Source of the DNA: Alcanivorax sp.
GTDB taxonomy: Bacteria > Pseudomonadota > Gammaproteobacteria > Pseudomonadales > Alcanivoracaceae
Assembly: GCF_040118815.1 (NCBI RefSeq)
Contig: NZ_JBEDTC010000002.1
Coordinates: 15,894 to 79,893 of the forward strand
DNA: 64,000 nt
Direction: 5' to 3'
Part shown: positions 18,188 to 28,700 of the stretch, piece by piece
Numbering within the stretch: the first letter of the stretch is position 1
How the letters are laid out: each line of letters opens with the position of its first letter
Program-made: the position numbers and the translations under genes
Notes under the pieces: generated by a model
Databases searched by the model: none
Told to the model about the DNA's origin: nothing
The model's input: only the letters and a program-made list of their open reading frames with translations

Positions 18188-18853
18188 TCAGGCGTCAGGC
18201 GTCAGACACTGGGTCAACCACTGGCCAACCTCGCGGATTTGCTCCAGGCAGACCATGTGTTCCATGGGGTAGCTGCGGTATTGCGGGGAATAGCCCAGTT
18301 CGGTAAGGGTGGCTACGGCGCGTTGGCCCAGTTGTTCGGGGACCATGGGGTCCATGCTGCCGTGGCAGATCATCACGGGAAGCTTGGCATTGGCTTCGCT
18401 GGGTGTGACAGGCATGGCCATGTAGGTGGAGAGCGCGAGCAGGCCAGCCAGGGGTTTGGGCTGACGCAGGGCCGCTTGGTACGCGACCGCGCCACCTTGG
18501 GAAAAACCGGCAATGATGATGCGTTCGCTGGGAATGCCGCGGGCGATTTCCCGCTCAATCAGTGCATCCACCGCATCGGCAGAAGCCAGCACGCCGGCTT
18601 CGTCGACTTTACGATCAATATCCATGGCGAGAATATCGTACCAGGCGGGCATCACCATGCCGCCGTTGACCGTCACAGGAATCTGCGGCGCATGGGGAAA
18701 GATAAACCGCACGGAGAGATCGGCAGGCAACTGAAGCTCCGGCACGATGGGTTCGAAATCGTTTCCGCTGGCGCCTAAACCGTGTAGCCAGATGACACTG
18801 GCGGTGGCGCTTGTGGTCGGTTCGATTTCAACACAAGGCAATACTTCGCTCAT
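18188..18853 (-). CDS. carboxylesterase/phospholipase family alpha/beta hydrolase
   Basis: IWLHGLGASGNDF..., nucleophile elbow GFSQGG, ...HGSMDPMVP. The ATG at 18853 lies 2 nt after the rapA stop; the track start at 18919 lies inside rapA. Confidence 0.85.
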   Translation of the reverse strand: MSEVLPCVEIEPTTSATASVIWLHGLGASGNDFEPIVPELQLPADLSVRFIFPHAPQIPVTVNGGMVMPAWYDILAMDIDRKVDEAGVLASADAVDALIEREIARGIPSERIIIAGFSQGGAVAYQAALRQPKPLAGLLALSTYMAMPVTPSEANAKLPVMICHGSMDPMVPEQLGQRAVATLTELGYSPQYRSYPMEHMVCLEQIREVGQWLTQCLTPDA

Positions 18854-18855
18854 AA

Positions 18856-21765
18856 CTAGTCTCCTCCCGAAACAATAATTCGTACGGCTTCCAGCTGACA
18901 GCGGGCTTCGCTGAGGCATTTTTCCAAAGCGTGTGTTTGTGCTTCCAGGGCCTGCACTTCTTCGTGACGAACCGCCGGGTTTTTGGCCTGCAGGGCTTTC
19001 AGTCGCGCCAGTTCATGGGCTTGTTCGGCGCGCATTTTTTCCTGAGCAGCGGCAATGATGCTTTCTGCTTCCTGGCTGGCGCTGGTTTCGTCGGCCTTCA
19101 GCAATTTCTCCAGCAGAGACTTTTGGCTGCCAACGATCTTGCGGCTGAGCGGCTTGTCCATCTTGTGACATTGCTGGCTCAGACCGTCGTGGCTGATGGC
19201 TTGGCTAATATTCTTGCCGTTGGCATCCAGCAGGTGACGGATCACCGTGGTGGGCAAGAAGCGATCCGCTTGAAGATGTTTCGGCGCTACCGCATCCACC
19301 GTGTAAATGGCTTCGATTAGCAGCGTGCCGGCTTTGATTTTCGGGTTCTTGAGCATGCTCACGGCGGCTTTACCGCGATGCTCGGTAAGCATCATCTCCA
19401 GGCTGCCGGTGACCATGGGATGCTCCCAGGTCAGGAATTGCATGTCGTCACGGGCCAGCGCGGTGGCCCGGTTATCCGTCATGGTCACGCCTTCTTCCGG
19501 CAAGGCAGGGAACGCATCGCGCATGTGAGGACCGGGTTTGAGGATGATGGCGGTATCGGAATGATCTTCCTGCTCTACACCGTAGCGATCAAAGATGCGC
19601 TGCATGAAAGGCAGAGGGCTGTCGTCATCCGCGGCGATCAGGTCGGTGATTAACGTTTCAGCGCGCTCACTGTCGAAAGAGCTCAGCTCCAGCAGGCGAT
19701 CGCGGCCTGTCTCCAGCAGCGTATGCAGCTCGTTGGTAATGGTGCGGGTGTCGTCGACCAGTGCTTCGATGGCGGTGTATTCCGGGTCGCCAGTAAGCAG
19801 TGGCTCCAGCGCGTCGCGGCTGCGCAGGTAGATATCGTGGCCAGCCGGGTTGGTGTGCTCGAAGGCATTCATGCCGTCGTGATACCAGCGGAACAGCACT
19901 TCCTGAGCGTGCTGCTCGAAGTAGGGGACGTGAATCTGGATATCGTCGGTCTGGCCGATACGGTCCAGGCGGCCAATACGCTGCTCCAGCAGGTCCGGGT
20001 TTAGCGGCAGGTCCAATAGCACCAAATGATGGGCAAATTGGAAGTTGCGGCCTTCAGAGCCGATTTCGGAACAAATCAGTGCCTGGGCGCCATCAAAGTC
20101 GTCCGCAAAAAAGGCGGCGGCCCGGTCCCGCTCTATCAGGTCCATGTCTTCATGGAACATCGCCACGTTCATGCCCAGCTTGTAGTTGCAGTGAGCATGC
20201 AGGTCGGTGGCGGTGTGTTTGCTGGCACAAATCACCAGCACTTTGTCGTGGCGGTGTTGCTTGAAGAAGTTCTCCAGCCAGTTCACGCGTGGGTCCAGGC
20301 CACACCAGCGGTCATCGTGGAACAGGGTTTCCGGGTGCAGGTGGCCGTCTACTTCTTCGTCACTGTCGTACTTGTATTCGTCCGGCAGGGTCAGGGGAAT
20401 ACCGTGTACGTGGCGGGCCGGAAAACCGGCAATGTTGTGGCGGGTGTTACGGAACATGACGCGGCCAGGGCCGGAGCGGTCCAGCAGCTCTGTTTGAATG
20501 GCGTCGCGATCCGCTTCGTCAATATTCATATCCGGCAGCAGGGCAACGGCTTCTTCTTTCAGTGCCGTATCCCAGCGGGGTTCGTCATGCAAACGGCCGG
20601 CCAGCGCCGCCACATCCTGATAGTGAGCTTGCTCGTCCTTGAACGCTTCCAGGCTGGGATAACGTTCCGGGTCGAGCAGACGCAGGCGAGCGTAATGGCT
20701 TTCCAGGCCCAATTGCTCGGGTGTTGCGGTGAGCAGCAATAGCCCTCGCGCCTGTTGGGCAATGGTTTCCACGCGCTGGTAATCGTCGCTGGCCTGCTGG
20801 GCAGACCATTCCAGGTGATGGGCTTCATCAACCACCAGTAGATCCCAGTCGGCGGCGGCGAGCTGGTCGATATCGCACTCGCTGAGAAAATCGGTGCTGC
20901 AGAGAATCAATTGCTCGCTGAGGAACGGGTTATCGTCACCGCTGGCGGCGCTGACGGCACCGGTGTCTTCTTCTGAATCCTCGTCCGGTGTGCTTTCGTC
21001 TTCAATAATCTGCGCCAGCATGTCTTTGATGCTGGTTTCCGGCTGCAAGGCGTTAAGGCGCTCGGCATCAAAAATGGAGAAATGCAGATTGAAGCGGCGC
21101 ACCATTTCCACAAACCACTGGTGGACCAGGGGGGAGGGTACGACCACCAGCACGCGCTTGGCCCGGCCGGTAAGCAGTTGCTGATGCAGGATCAGGCCGG
21201 CTTCGATGGTTTTCCCCAGGCCCACTTCGTCGGCAAGCAACACCCGTGGGGCAAAGCGGTTGGCTACCTGGTCGGCGATATACAGCTGGTGACCAATTAG
21301 GTCGATGCGTGGGCCGCGCAACCCCTTGATGGTGGATTGCTGCTGACGACAGTGGGCATTGAGTGCATCGATACGCAGCTCAAACCAGCGATTGGATGAC
21401 AGCTGGTTGGACAGCAGGCGGTCCAGTGCTGCTGTCAGGCGCAGGGTGTGGCCCAGGTTGGTTTCTGGCACCGGCTGAATATCGTCCGGATTGCCGTCCT
21501 TTGGGTGCGCCATGTAGACCTTGAGGCCGTTGAGCTCGTTAACCTCGGTGACCACCAGCTCCATCTCATCAGCGGTGCGGATGGTGTCACCGCTGTCGAA
21601 GGTGACTCGGGACAGCGGGGCATTGTTCTTTGCGTAGGTGCGCTCTTCCTCTACCGCCGGGTATTCCACGGTGACCAGTCGGTAATCCAATTCCTTGATG
21701 ATGCCGAGGCCCAGCTCGGTTTCGGATTCGCTCAGCCAGCGTTGGCCGGGGATAAAGTCAGTCAT
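18856..21765 (-). CDS. rapA: RNA polymerase-associated SNF2-family ATPase RapA (HepA)
   Basis: 969 aa. N-terminus MTDFIPGQRWLSESETELGLG..., SNF2 motifs LLADEVGLGKTIEAG and DEAHHLE, and a helicase C domain. Confidence 0.95.
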   Translation of the reverse strand: MTDFIPGQRWLSESETELGLGIIKELDYRLVTVEYPAVEEERTYAKNNAPLSRVTFDSGDTIRTADEMELVVTEVNELNGLKVYMAHPKDGNPDDIQPVPETNLGHTLRLTAALDRLLSNQLSSNRWFELRIDALNAHCRQQQSTIKGLRGPRIDLIGHQLYIADQVANRFAPRVLLADEVGLGKTIEAGLILHQQLLTGRAKRVLVVVPSPLVHQWFVEMVRRFNLHFSIFDAERLNALQPETSIKDMLAQIIEDESTPDEDSEEDTGAVSAASGDDNPFLSEQLILCSTDFLSECDIDQLAAADWDLLVVDEAHHLEWSAQQASDDYQRVETIAQQARGLLLLTATPEQLGLESHYARLRLLDPERYPSLEAFKDEQAHYQDVAALAGRLHDEPRWDTALKEEAVALLPDMNIDEADRDAIQTELLDRSGPGRVMFRNTRHNIAGFPARHVHGIPLTLPDEYKYDSDEEVDGHLHPETLFHDDRWCGLDPRVNWLENFFKQHRHDKVLVICASKHTATDLHAHCNYKLGMNVAMFHEDMDLIERDRAAAFFADDFDGAQALICSEIGSEGRNFQFAHHLVLLDLPLNPDLLEQRIGRLDRIGQTDDIQIHVPYFEQHAQEVLFRWYHDGMNAFEHTNPAGHDIYLRSRDALEPLLTGDPEYTAIEALVDDTRTITNELHTLLETGRDRLLELSSFDSERAETLITDLIAADDDSPLPFMQRIFDRYGVEQEDHSDTAIILKPGPHMRDAFPALPEEGVTMTDNRATALARDDMQFLTWEHPMVTGSLEMMLTEHRGKAAVSMLKNPKIKAGTLLIEAIYTVDAVAPKHLQADRFLPTTVIRHLLDANGKNISQAISHDGLSQQCHKMDKPLSRKIVGSQKSLLEKLLKADETSASQEAESIIAAAQEKMRAEQAHELARLKALQAKNPAVRHEEVQALEAQTHALEKCLSEARCQLEAVRIIVSGGD

Positions 21766-21834
21766 TGTTGCTGCCGGTGATTGCTTGGGGGGCGAATTAT
21801 ACGGGTTTGTACGGCCCCCTTCGATGGGTGAAAC

Positions 21835-22620
21835 CTATTGAATCTGATTTCGGAACCAGCGGCGGGTGGCCTCATCGGCGGGGAAGTAGTGTTCGATGCG
21901 CAGTTCTTCCATGACTACGTCGAGGGCGGTGCCGAAGCTGGCCAGGGTGGAGAAGCTTCGCAGGCGCTGGCCGGCCAGTTCAATTTCTAGCGTCATCATG
22001 GGCTCGTTGCGGTCCGTGCTGGGCTGCTGGTGCAGCAGCTCGTCCAGATTGGCGAGCGCTGCCAGCCGGTCAAGCAGCGCGGCCAGCGCCGGGTCCGGGC
22101 GAGCCTGTTGATCACGGTGCAGGCGGCGCAACAGAAAGCCAGCTACCTCATCCCAGTTACACAGGAATGGCCGGTAGCCTTGGGGATGGAAGACCAGTTC
22201 GATCACATTTGCGGTTTGCGCAAAGGGGCCGCGTTCCTGAATCATCAAGCCGACTAGCCGCTGTTGGGCCTCGTTGGCCATTAACACGTTCCAGTGGGCA
22301 TCAAGAACAACCGCAGGGAACGGATTATGGTTGCTGAGCATGACTGTGAGCGCTTCGCGCACCGGGGCCATGTTGTCACTGCTGAGATCGGCCTCGGTGA
22401 AGGCCGGTGCATAACCGGCGGCCAGCAGCAGCCGATTGGTATCCCGGCAGTTCAATTCCATTTCCAGTGCCAGGCGCTTCAGCATGGTCGGGCTGGGTTG
22501 GCTACGACCGGTTTCGATAAAACTCAGGTGCCGGCTGGACACATCGGCCCGTAACGCCAGTTCCAGCTGGCTGAGGCGGCGGGCTTTGCGCAGTTCTGCG
22601 AGGATCTGGCCGGTCTGCAT
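21835..22620 (-). CDS. MmyB-like XRE-family helix-turn-helix transcriptional regulator
   Basis: LRKARRLSQLELALRADVSSRHLSFIETGRSQPSPTMLKRLALEMEL..RDTNRLLLAAGYAP is the typical MmyB-family N-terminus. The ATG at 22620 is preferred. Confidence 0.8.
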   Translation of the reverse strand: MQTGQILAELRKARRLSQLELALRADVSSRHLSFIETGRSQPSPTMLKRLALEMELNCRDTNRLLLAAGYAPAFTEADLSSDNMAPVREALTVMLSNHNPFPAVVLDAHWNVLMANEAQQRLVGLMIQERGPFAQTANVIELVFHPQGYRPFLCNWDEVAGFLLRRLHRDQQARPDPALAALLDRLAALANLDELLHQQPSTDRNEPMMTLEIELAGQRLRSFSTLASFGTALDVVMEELRIEHYFPADEATRRWFRNQIQ

Positions 22621-22785
22621 TGGGGTTCTCTTCTTCCAGTGGCGGGTCAGCATGGCCATGGCAGCCGGGCTTCTCCATTACCTCTGAGGTAATTGTTTCA
22701 CTTCCTTGTTCGGCAGAGGCTGAATCTAACACTAACCGGCCCGCTGCGGTAATCCGCAAGTCGGCTCCAAACCTGGAGGTGCACC

Positions 22786-23226
22786 ATGCCCTGGACATCA
22801 CTCAAACATGCGTTGCTATTCAACGCAGCCTGCTCAACCTTGTTGGGGGCCACGCTATTGCTGGCCCCGGATGGGCTGGCGTCACTGATGGGCGAATTCA
22901 GCCCGTTGATACTGATGGCTCTCGGCGCTGCCTTGCTGATCTTCGCGGCCGATGTGGCTTTTGTGGCGACGCGACCATTCATTTCGCCGGGACTGGCCAA
23001 AATGATTACCGTGGCTGATCTGGCTTGGGTGGTGGCGACGCCCATGGTCATGATGCTGGCTGCATCCTGGTTATCATTCTGGGGGCATCTGGTGTTGCTG
23101 GATGTGGCATTGCTGGTGGGTATCTGTGCCCTTTTCCAATGGCGGGGGCTGCGGGCGCAACCGCTTAAGGAACAACAGCGTACTGTCCGTGGCGCTGCAC
23201 AGTCGCAACCGGGAGGCCGATCATGA
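22786..23226 (+). CDS. hypothetical 4-TM membrane protein
   Basis: 146 aa, hydrophobic. Divergent from the MmyB-like regulator; its stop overlaps the next gene's start (ATGA). Confidence 0.55.
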   Translation: MPWTSLKHALLFNAACSTLLGATLLLAPDGLASLMGEFSPLILMALGAALLIFAADVAFVATRPFISPGLAKMITVADLAWVVATPMVMMLAASWLSFWGHLVLLDVALLVGICALFQWRGLRAQPLKEQQRTVRGAAQSQPGGRS

Positions 23227-23573
23227 TCGAGATTACCGCTCTGGGCTTCCTGCTGATGGGTCTGGTTGCCCTGGTGTCACCACGGCGGGTAACCCGCTGT
23301 GTTGCCTTTACCGAACAGCCGGTGGCGGCTGCCCGTAACGAGGTGCGTGCTGTCTATGGCGGCTTTGGGGTGGCTATGGGCGGGTTGTTGATTGCCTGCC
23401 GCGATTATCCGCAATGGCGTGACGGAGTGTTGCTCGCCCTAGCGCTGGCATTGCTGGGCATGGCGGCCGGCAGGTTGGTGTCCTGGGGTGTGGATCGCCG
23501 GCTGGATGGCTTTCCGGCCTTGTTTCTGATGGCAGAGGTGGGGCTGGGAATAGGGCTGCTGTTCTCCTTGTAA
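23223..23573 (+). CDS. DUF4345-like small membrane protein
   Basis: 116 aa, 4 TM helices. ...VRAVYGGFGVAMGGLL... resembles DUF4345. Confidence 0.55.
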   Translation: MIEITALGFLLMGLVALVSPRRVTRCVAFTEQPVAAARNEVRAVYGGFGVAMGGLLIACRDYPQWRDGVLLALALALLGMAAGRLVSWGVDRRLDGFPALFLMAEVGLGIGLLFSL

Positions 23574-23647
23574 GCGATGTCACTGTAACGAACCAAGTAA
23601 CATTTGCGGTATGCTCGGGTAACGATTTTCCGCCACGGTGATAAGGT

Positions 23648-23827
23648 ATGGGCGATATCCTGCCGTTCAAAAAACCGCAAAAGAAAACGCCGCGTAAAGG
23701 CATGTGCCAGCATGACTTCCACAAGTGGGTGGTCTGCAAGGAAAAGCAATTCGATGTGAAGCAGGGAAAGCTGGTGACTGTCTATCGCTGTGACCGCTGC
23801 GGAAAAGAAAAAGTGAAAGCGCACTAA
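23648..23827 (+). CDS. 59-aa Lys-rich Cys/His protein (putative zinc ribbon), not in the supplied ORF track
   Basis: ATG 23648 to TAA 23825-23827. MGDILPFKKPQKKTPRKGMCQHDFHKWVVCKEKQFDVKQGKLVTVYRCDRCGKEKVKAH. It has a C-x2-H...C...CxxC pattern. At 59 aa it is just below the track's apparent size cut-off. The antisense 139-aa ORF 23405..23824 looks spurious. Confidence 0.45.
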   Translation: MGDILPFKKPQKKTPRKGMCQHDFHKWVVCKEKQFDVKQGKLVTVYRCDRCGKEKVKAH

Positions 23828-23840
23828 CCGGGTAACCCTG

Positions 23841-24032
23841 ATGCTTGAAATGCGATCCAGTTGTGAAAGTTGCCAGTGCTCATTGGCTGCTGGGGCGGAA
23901 GCCTATATCTGCTCCTATGAATGCACCTTTTGTGTGGATTGTTGCACCATTCATGCAAGCCGCTGCCCCAACTGCCAGGGCGAGCTGGTGAAGCGCCCTC
24001 GCCGTCAGGAGGCCAGCAATGAAAGCTCCTGA
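23841..24032 (+). CDS. DUF1272 domain-containing Cys-rich protein
   Basis: MLEMRSSCESCQCSL...AYICSYECTFCVDCC...RCPNCQGELVKRPRR matches the DUF1272 pattern. Confidence 0.75.
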   Translation: MLEMRSSCESCQCSLAAGAEAYICSYECTFCVDCCTIHASRCPNCQGELVKRPRRQEASNESS

Positions 24033-24882
24033 GTCAGTTTCTTTGCCAGGCGGTGCGGGCTATACCTTGCCGGTAAATTGGTACCCGGCAGATAGTGCCA
24101 GTGGCGCTGTGGTGTTGATGGCGGCTTTAGGCATGGGCGCTCGCTTTTATCTGCCACTGGCAAAGGCGTTACAGGCGGCCGGGTTGAATGTGGCCTTATT
24201 GGAGCAGCGTGGCCATGGCGAGAGCCCCTGGCGCCCGTCACGCAGCTGCGACTGGGGCTTTCGTGAGCCACTGGTCAATGAAATTCCGGTAGCTCTGGAT
24301 TGGGTGAAAAGCCGCTCCGCTAGATTGCCGGTTTATCTAATGGGCCACTCCTTGGGCGGGCATTATTCCGCCATGGCGTCTGGCGTCTATGGTGGGCAAA
24401 TAGACGGCATTATTCTGGCTGCCTGCGGTAGCCCTTGGCTGGGCGGATTTACCGGAGCGACCCGCAGTAAGCTGAAATTTCTCTGCGCCATGATTCCGCC
24501 TGCATCGTCGATACTGGGTTACTACCCGGGGGACAAGCTAGGGTTCGGCGGCCGTGAAGCCAGAACCTTGATGCAGGACTGGCTAGCTCTGGCGAAAACC
24601 AACCGTTATCAGGCCAATGGCTTTAGCGATGACCTGGATTGTGGCATCGCGCAATATAGTGGGCCAGTGTTGAGCCTGCGTATGGCGGATGATGCTTTTG
24701 CGCCGCCAGCGTCTGTGGAGGCGGTAGTAGAAAAATTTATCACAGCCACGGTAAGCAACGTGGTGCTGGATGAGCAGATGCTGGGTGACCGCGCTGACCA
24801 TTTTCGCTGGGCGCGTTCCCCGACGGCCACGGTGCAGCAGATTGTTCACTGGCATGTAAAACAACAAAGCGGGAAGGAGTGA
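24019..24882 (+). CDS. alpha/beta hydrolase (S33-like)
   Basis: 287 aa with nucleophile elbow GHSLGG. AGGAGG lies 6 nt upstream of the ATG. The gene overlaps the DUF1272 gene by 14 nt. Confidence 0.85.
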   Translation: MKAPESVSLPGGAGYTLPVNWYPADSASGAVVLMAALGMGARFYLPLAKALQAAGLNVALLEQRGHGESPWRPSRSCDWGFREPLVNEIPVALDWVKSRSARLPVYLMGHSLGGHYSAMASGVYGGQIDGIILAACGSPWLGGFTGATRSKLKFLCAMIPPASSILGYYPGDKLGFGGREARTLMQDWLALAKTNRYQANGFSDDLDCGIAQYSGPVLSLRMADDAFAPPASVEAVVEKFITATVSNVVLDEQMLGDRADHFRWARSPTATVQQIVHWHVKQQSGKE

Positions 24883-24957
24883 GGGCGCTATCAGGTCTGA
24901 TTTACATCATGAGCCTTCTCTGTTTATTCGCGATTAAACCAATAAAAGGATGCCTCC

Positions 24958-25689
24958 ATGGCCATCGTGTTGCACCAGTTTCCGATTTCCCATTATTGCG
25001 AAAAAATCCGTTGGGCACTGGATTACAAGGGGTTGGACTATCGGCTGAAGAACCACCTTCCGGGCCTGCACTTCAAGAAAATGAAAGCCGTGGTGCCGTT
25101 TAGCAGTGTGCCGGTTCTGGAGCACGATGGACATTACGTGCAAGGCTCTGCGGCGATTATCAGCTACCTGGATACAAAGTTTCCGGCGCGCCCATTAACG
25201 CCGCAGGCTTCGGAAGCCCGGGAGGAGGCATTACGTTGGGAAACATTCTGCGATGACAACATTGGCCCCCATGTGCGCCGTTTTTGTTACCACACCTTGC
25301 TGGACCATCCGGATCTGGTGATTCCCTTTTTCGCCCAGGGTGGCCCTTTCTGGGGAAAGGCATTTCTACGCATGATTTTCCCGAAACTGCAGGGGGTAAT
25401 GCGCAAAGCCATGCAAATTCGCGAACCCCAGGTTAGCGAAAGTCGCGTGACGCTGGAGCAAGCTATTCAGACACTGTCACAGGCGTATGGTGAACGACCC
25501 TACCTGGCTGGTGAGCAATTTTCCCGGGCGGATCTGGCGGCGGCCAGCTTGCTGGCCCCACTATTCATGCCGCCGCAGTACGGCCTGAAGTGGCCCTCGA
25601 CCATGCCAGAGCCCTTGCAGAGCTGGGTAGACAGCCAGGCTGAGTCTTTAGCGCCTTTCCAGCGTTTCTATCAGGAGCACCGGCGCTAA
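24958..25689 (+). CDS. glutathione S-transferase family protein
   Basis: N-terminal thioredoxin-like GST fold (…FPISHYCEKIRWALDYKGL…VPVLEHDG…) and a C-terminal helical domain. Confidence 0.85.
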   Translation: MAIVLHQFPISHYCEKIRWALDYKGLDYRLKNHLPGLHFKKMKAVVPFSSVPVLEHDGHYVQGSAAIISYLDTKFPARPLTPQASEAREEALRWETFCDDNIGPHVRRFCYHTLLDHPDLVIPFFAQGGPFWGKAFLRMIFPKLQGVMRKAMQIREPQVSESRVTLEQAIQTLSQAYGERPYLAGEQFSRADLAAASLLAPLFMPPQYGLKWPSTMPEPLQSWVDSQAESLAPFQRFYQEHRR

Positions 25690-25777
25690 CATTCTGTCTA
25701 CACTCCTATTCGTGGAGGCTGCACAGGGAATCCCACCTAAAAAGGGGGCGCCGGACCTCCCTGTGATTTTCTGATTA

Positions 25778-28700
25778 TCAATCCAGCACCATGATGGTTT
25801 GGCCTGCGTTGATCTGCTGGCCTTCCTGTCGGGTAAGGGCGATGACCTTGCCGGTGGCGGGGGCTGAAATTTCGATTTCCATTTTCATGGATTCCAGCAC
25901 GGCTACCACGTCCCCCTGTTTCACCTCGTCGCCTTCTTGCACGTTCAATTTCCAGATGCTACCCGCTACTGGCGACTCCACCGGGGTGCCTTCCACATCG
26001 TCAGCGCCGTTGTCGGCGTCCAGGTCCTGTTCTGACTGGAAATTGATCTGGCCGCTTTCTACCCAGCGTTGTAGTTCTTCGTCGAAGGCCTGGTTGCGGG
26101 CGTCGGTGAAGGTGGTGATGTCCTGTTGGTTGTCATCAAGAAATTGCTGGTATTCATTCAGGCTGAAGGTGGTTTCTTCCACTTGAATGGGATACTGCCC
26201 TTTGGGGAAATCCCGACGGATCTGGTTGAGTTCTTCGTGGCTCACTTCGTAGAAGCGAATTTGATCAAAGAAACGCAGCAGCCAGGGTTGGTCAAAGGCT
26301 TCAGTCTTTCGGTAGCGATTCCACATCTGCAGTGTGCGACCGACAAATTGATAGCCGCCGGGGCCTTCCATGCCGTACACGCACAGGTAGGCGCCCCCGA
26401 TACCCACGGAATTCTCTGCGGTCCAGGTGCGGGCCGGGTTGTACTTGGTGGTCACCAGACGGTGACGGGGGTCGTAGGGGGTGGCCACCGGGGCACCCAG
26501 ATAGACATCGCCCAAGCCCATTACCACATAGCTGGCGCTGAACAGGGTCTCTTTCACTTCGTCCACGCTACCCAGCCCATTAATACGGCGGATAAACTCC
26601 AGATTAGAGGGGCACCAGGGGGCATCTTTACGCACGGACTGCATGTACTTTTCGATGGCCTGATGGCAAGCCTCGTCGTCCCAGCTGAGTGGAATATTCA
26701 CAATGCGGGAGGGGACTTCCAGGTCGTCCTGTTGTTGCAGTTCATGTTCTGCGCTGGCCAGTACATCCAGCAGTTGTTGGCGGGGCAAACGCTGAGGGTC
26801 GAAATGAACCTGCAGAGAACGAATCCCGGGGGTCAGTTCAATGACGCCCTCAAGCTGTTGTTGTTCCAGCCAAAGCATTAAGGCATGGGCGCGAAAGCGC
26901 AGGCGAAGGTCGAGCACCAGTGGGCCATACTCCACCAGCAGATAGCGATCGCCGGCGGCGCGATACACCACCTCCACGCCCGCTTCCGCTTCGCCAAGGC
27001 GGTTTAGCACCGGCGTGGTGATGTCGGCGCTTTCTGCCACTGCCTGTGGTGGCGTGAGAGCGACGACACAGTCGTTCTGGTCAGCTGCCAAGGCGTCGGC
27101 ACTTGCAAGGCTTATCGCTTCAAAGCGCAGGGTGTCGCCGGCCTTTAATTGGCCCAGTTTCCAGCGGTCCGCCAGGACCACGGTGGCAGGGCAGACAAAG
27201 CCGCCCAGGGATGGGCCGTCCGGGCCGAGGATCACCGGCATGTCACCGGTGAAATCCACTGTCCCTACCGCGTAGGCATTGTCGTGAATGTTGGACGGGT
27301 GCATGCCGGCTTCGCCGCCGTCGCTGCGGGCCCAAGTCGGCTTTGGCCCGACTAGCCTGATACCGGTACGGCTGGAGTTGTAATGCACTTGCCAGTCGGT
27401 GGCAAAGAACATGGCCATGTCGTCGTCAGTGAAAAAGTCAGGCGCGCCATGGGGGCCGTAAATCACCCGTAAGGTCCAGTGGTTGCCCAGTGCGGGTTTC
27501 AGGCTGTCCGGCACAATAGCAGTGGCCGGTGCGGGTGCGGCTTGTTGGAAATGCAGTACATCTCCAGTGCGTAGCGCGCGACCCCCGTGGCCACCAAACT
27601 GACCCAGAGTGAAGGTGCTGCGTGAGCCGAGATAGGGGGTGCATTGCAGGCCACCGGCCACGGCCAGATAGGCGCGGGCACCGTCGCCGCTGACTTTACC
27701 TAATTGGAGCGTCTGCCCCGGTGCTATCTCAATGGCGCAATAGCTGGCAACCGGCTGGTCATCCAGTGTGGCCTGCATGTCCGCGCCGGTAAGCGCGATG
27801 CGCGTGGCCTGATTGAATTTCAGCGTGGGGCCGTTAAGGGTAAATTCCAGACCGGCGGCATTTTCATCGTTGCCCAGCAGACGGTTGCCCAGACGAAAAC
27901 TCAGGTTATCGAAGGGGCCGGAAGGTGGGACCCCCACAGGCCAGTAACCACTGCGGCCGGGATAATCCTGCACGGTGGTAAGGGTGCCCCCGGCCAACAC
28001 GTCCATGGTGAACGGCTGATAGCGGAAATCGTTCAAGTAGCGGGTGGTCATTTCACCCTGATCGAAAACCGGGTCGGCGAGAATGGCGCAAATATAATCC
28101 CGGTTAGTTTCTATGCCTTCTATGCTGGTTTCAGCCAGCGTGGCGTTCAATGCAGTCAAAGCATCATCGCGGCAGGTTTCGTGAACGATGACTTTGGCCA
28201 ACATGGGGTCGAACAGGGGAGAAACAGTGAGGCCAGCTTCTATCCAGTGATCGATGCGGCGGGATTGTCCATTCGCATCGGGAAACGCTACCGCAGTCAG
28301 TAGCCCGGCGCTGGGCTGGAAATCCTTGTTCGGGTCTTCCGCGTAAATCCGTGCCTGAATGGCGTGGCCGCGGGCAGTCAGTTCGGTGCCGAGTTGTTCC
28401 AGAGCGGGCAGATCGCCGGCGGCCAGTTTTACCATCCATTCGACCAAGTCCACACCGTACACTTGTTCAGTGACACCATGCTCGACCTGCAGGCGGGTAT
28501 TCACTTCCAGAAAGTAGAAGGCGTTGCTGTCCTGATCGAGAATGAACTCCACGGTGCCGGCATTGCGATACTGCACCGCTTCCATCAAGTTTTTTGCGGT
28601 GGCATGTAGATCCGCACGGACAGTGTCTGGCAGGTTCGGAGCTGGGGTTTCTTCCAGCACTTTCTGGTGGCGTCGCTGGGCGGAGCAATCACGTTCGCCG

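Noticed and set aside
18188-18205. Tandem heptamer tcaggcg-tcaggcg-tcag.
   Set aside because: It lies at the 3' end of the esterase ORF, covering the stop codon and the last C-terminal codons (minus strand ...TGACGCCTGACGCCTGA, encoding ...LTPDA*). There are only 2.5 copies and no evidence of a function.
23405-23824. 139-aa minus-strand ORF covering the DUF4345 3' end and the small Cys-rich ORF.
   Set aside because: It overlaps the end of a plausible membrane-protein gene and has no motifs. The plus-strand 59-aa ORF has an ordered Cys/His pattern and sits in a co-directional gene string.
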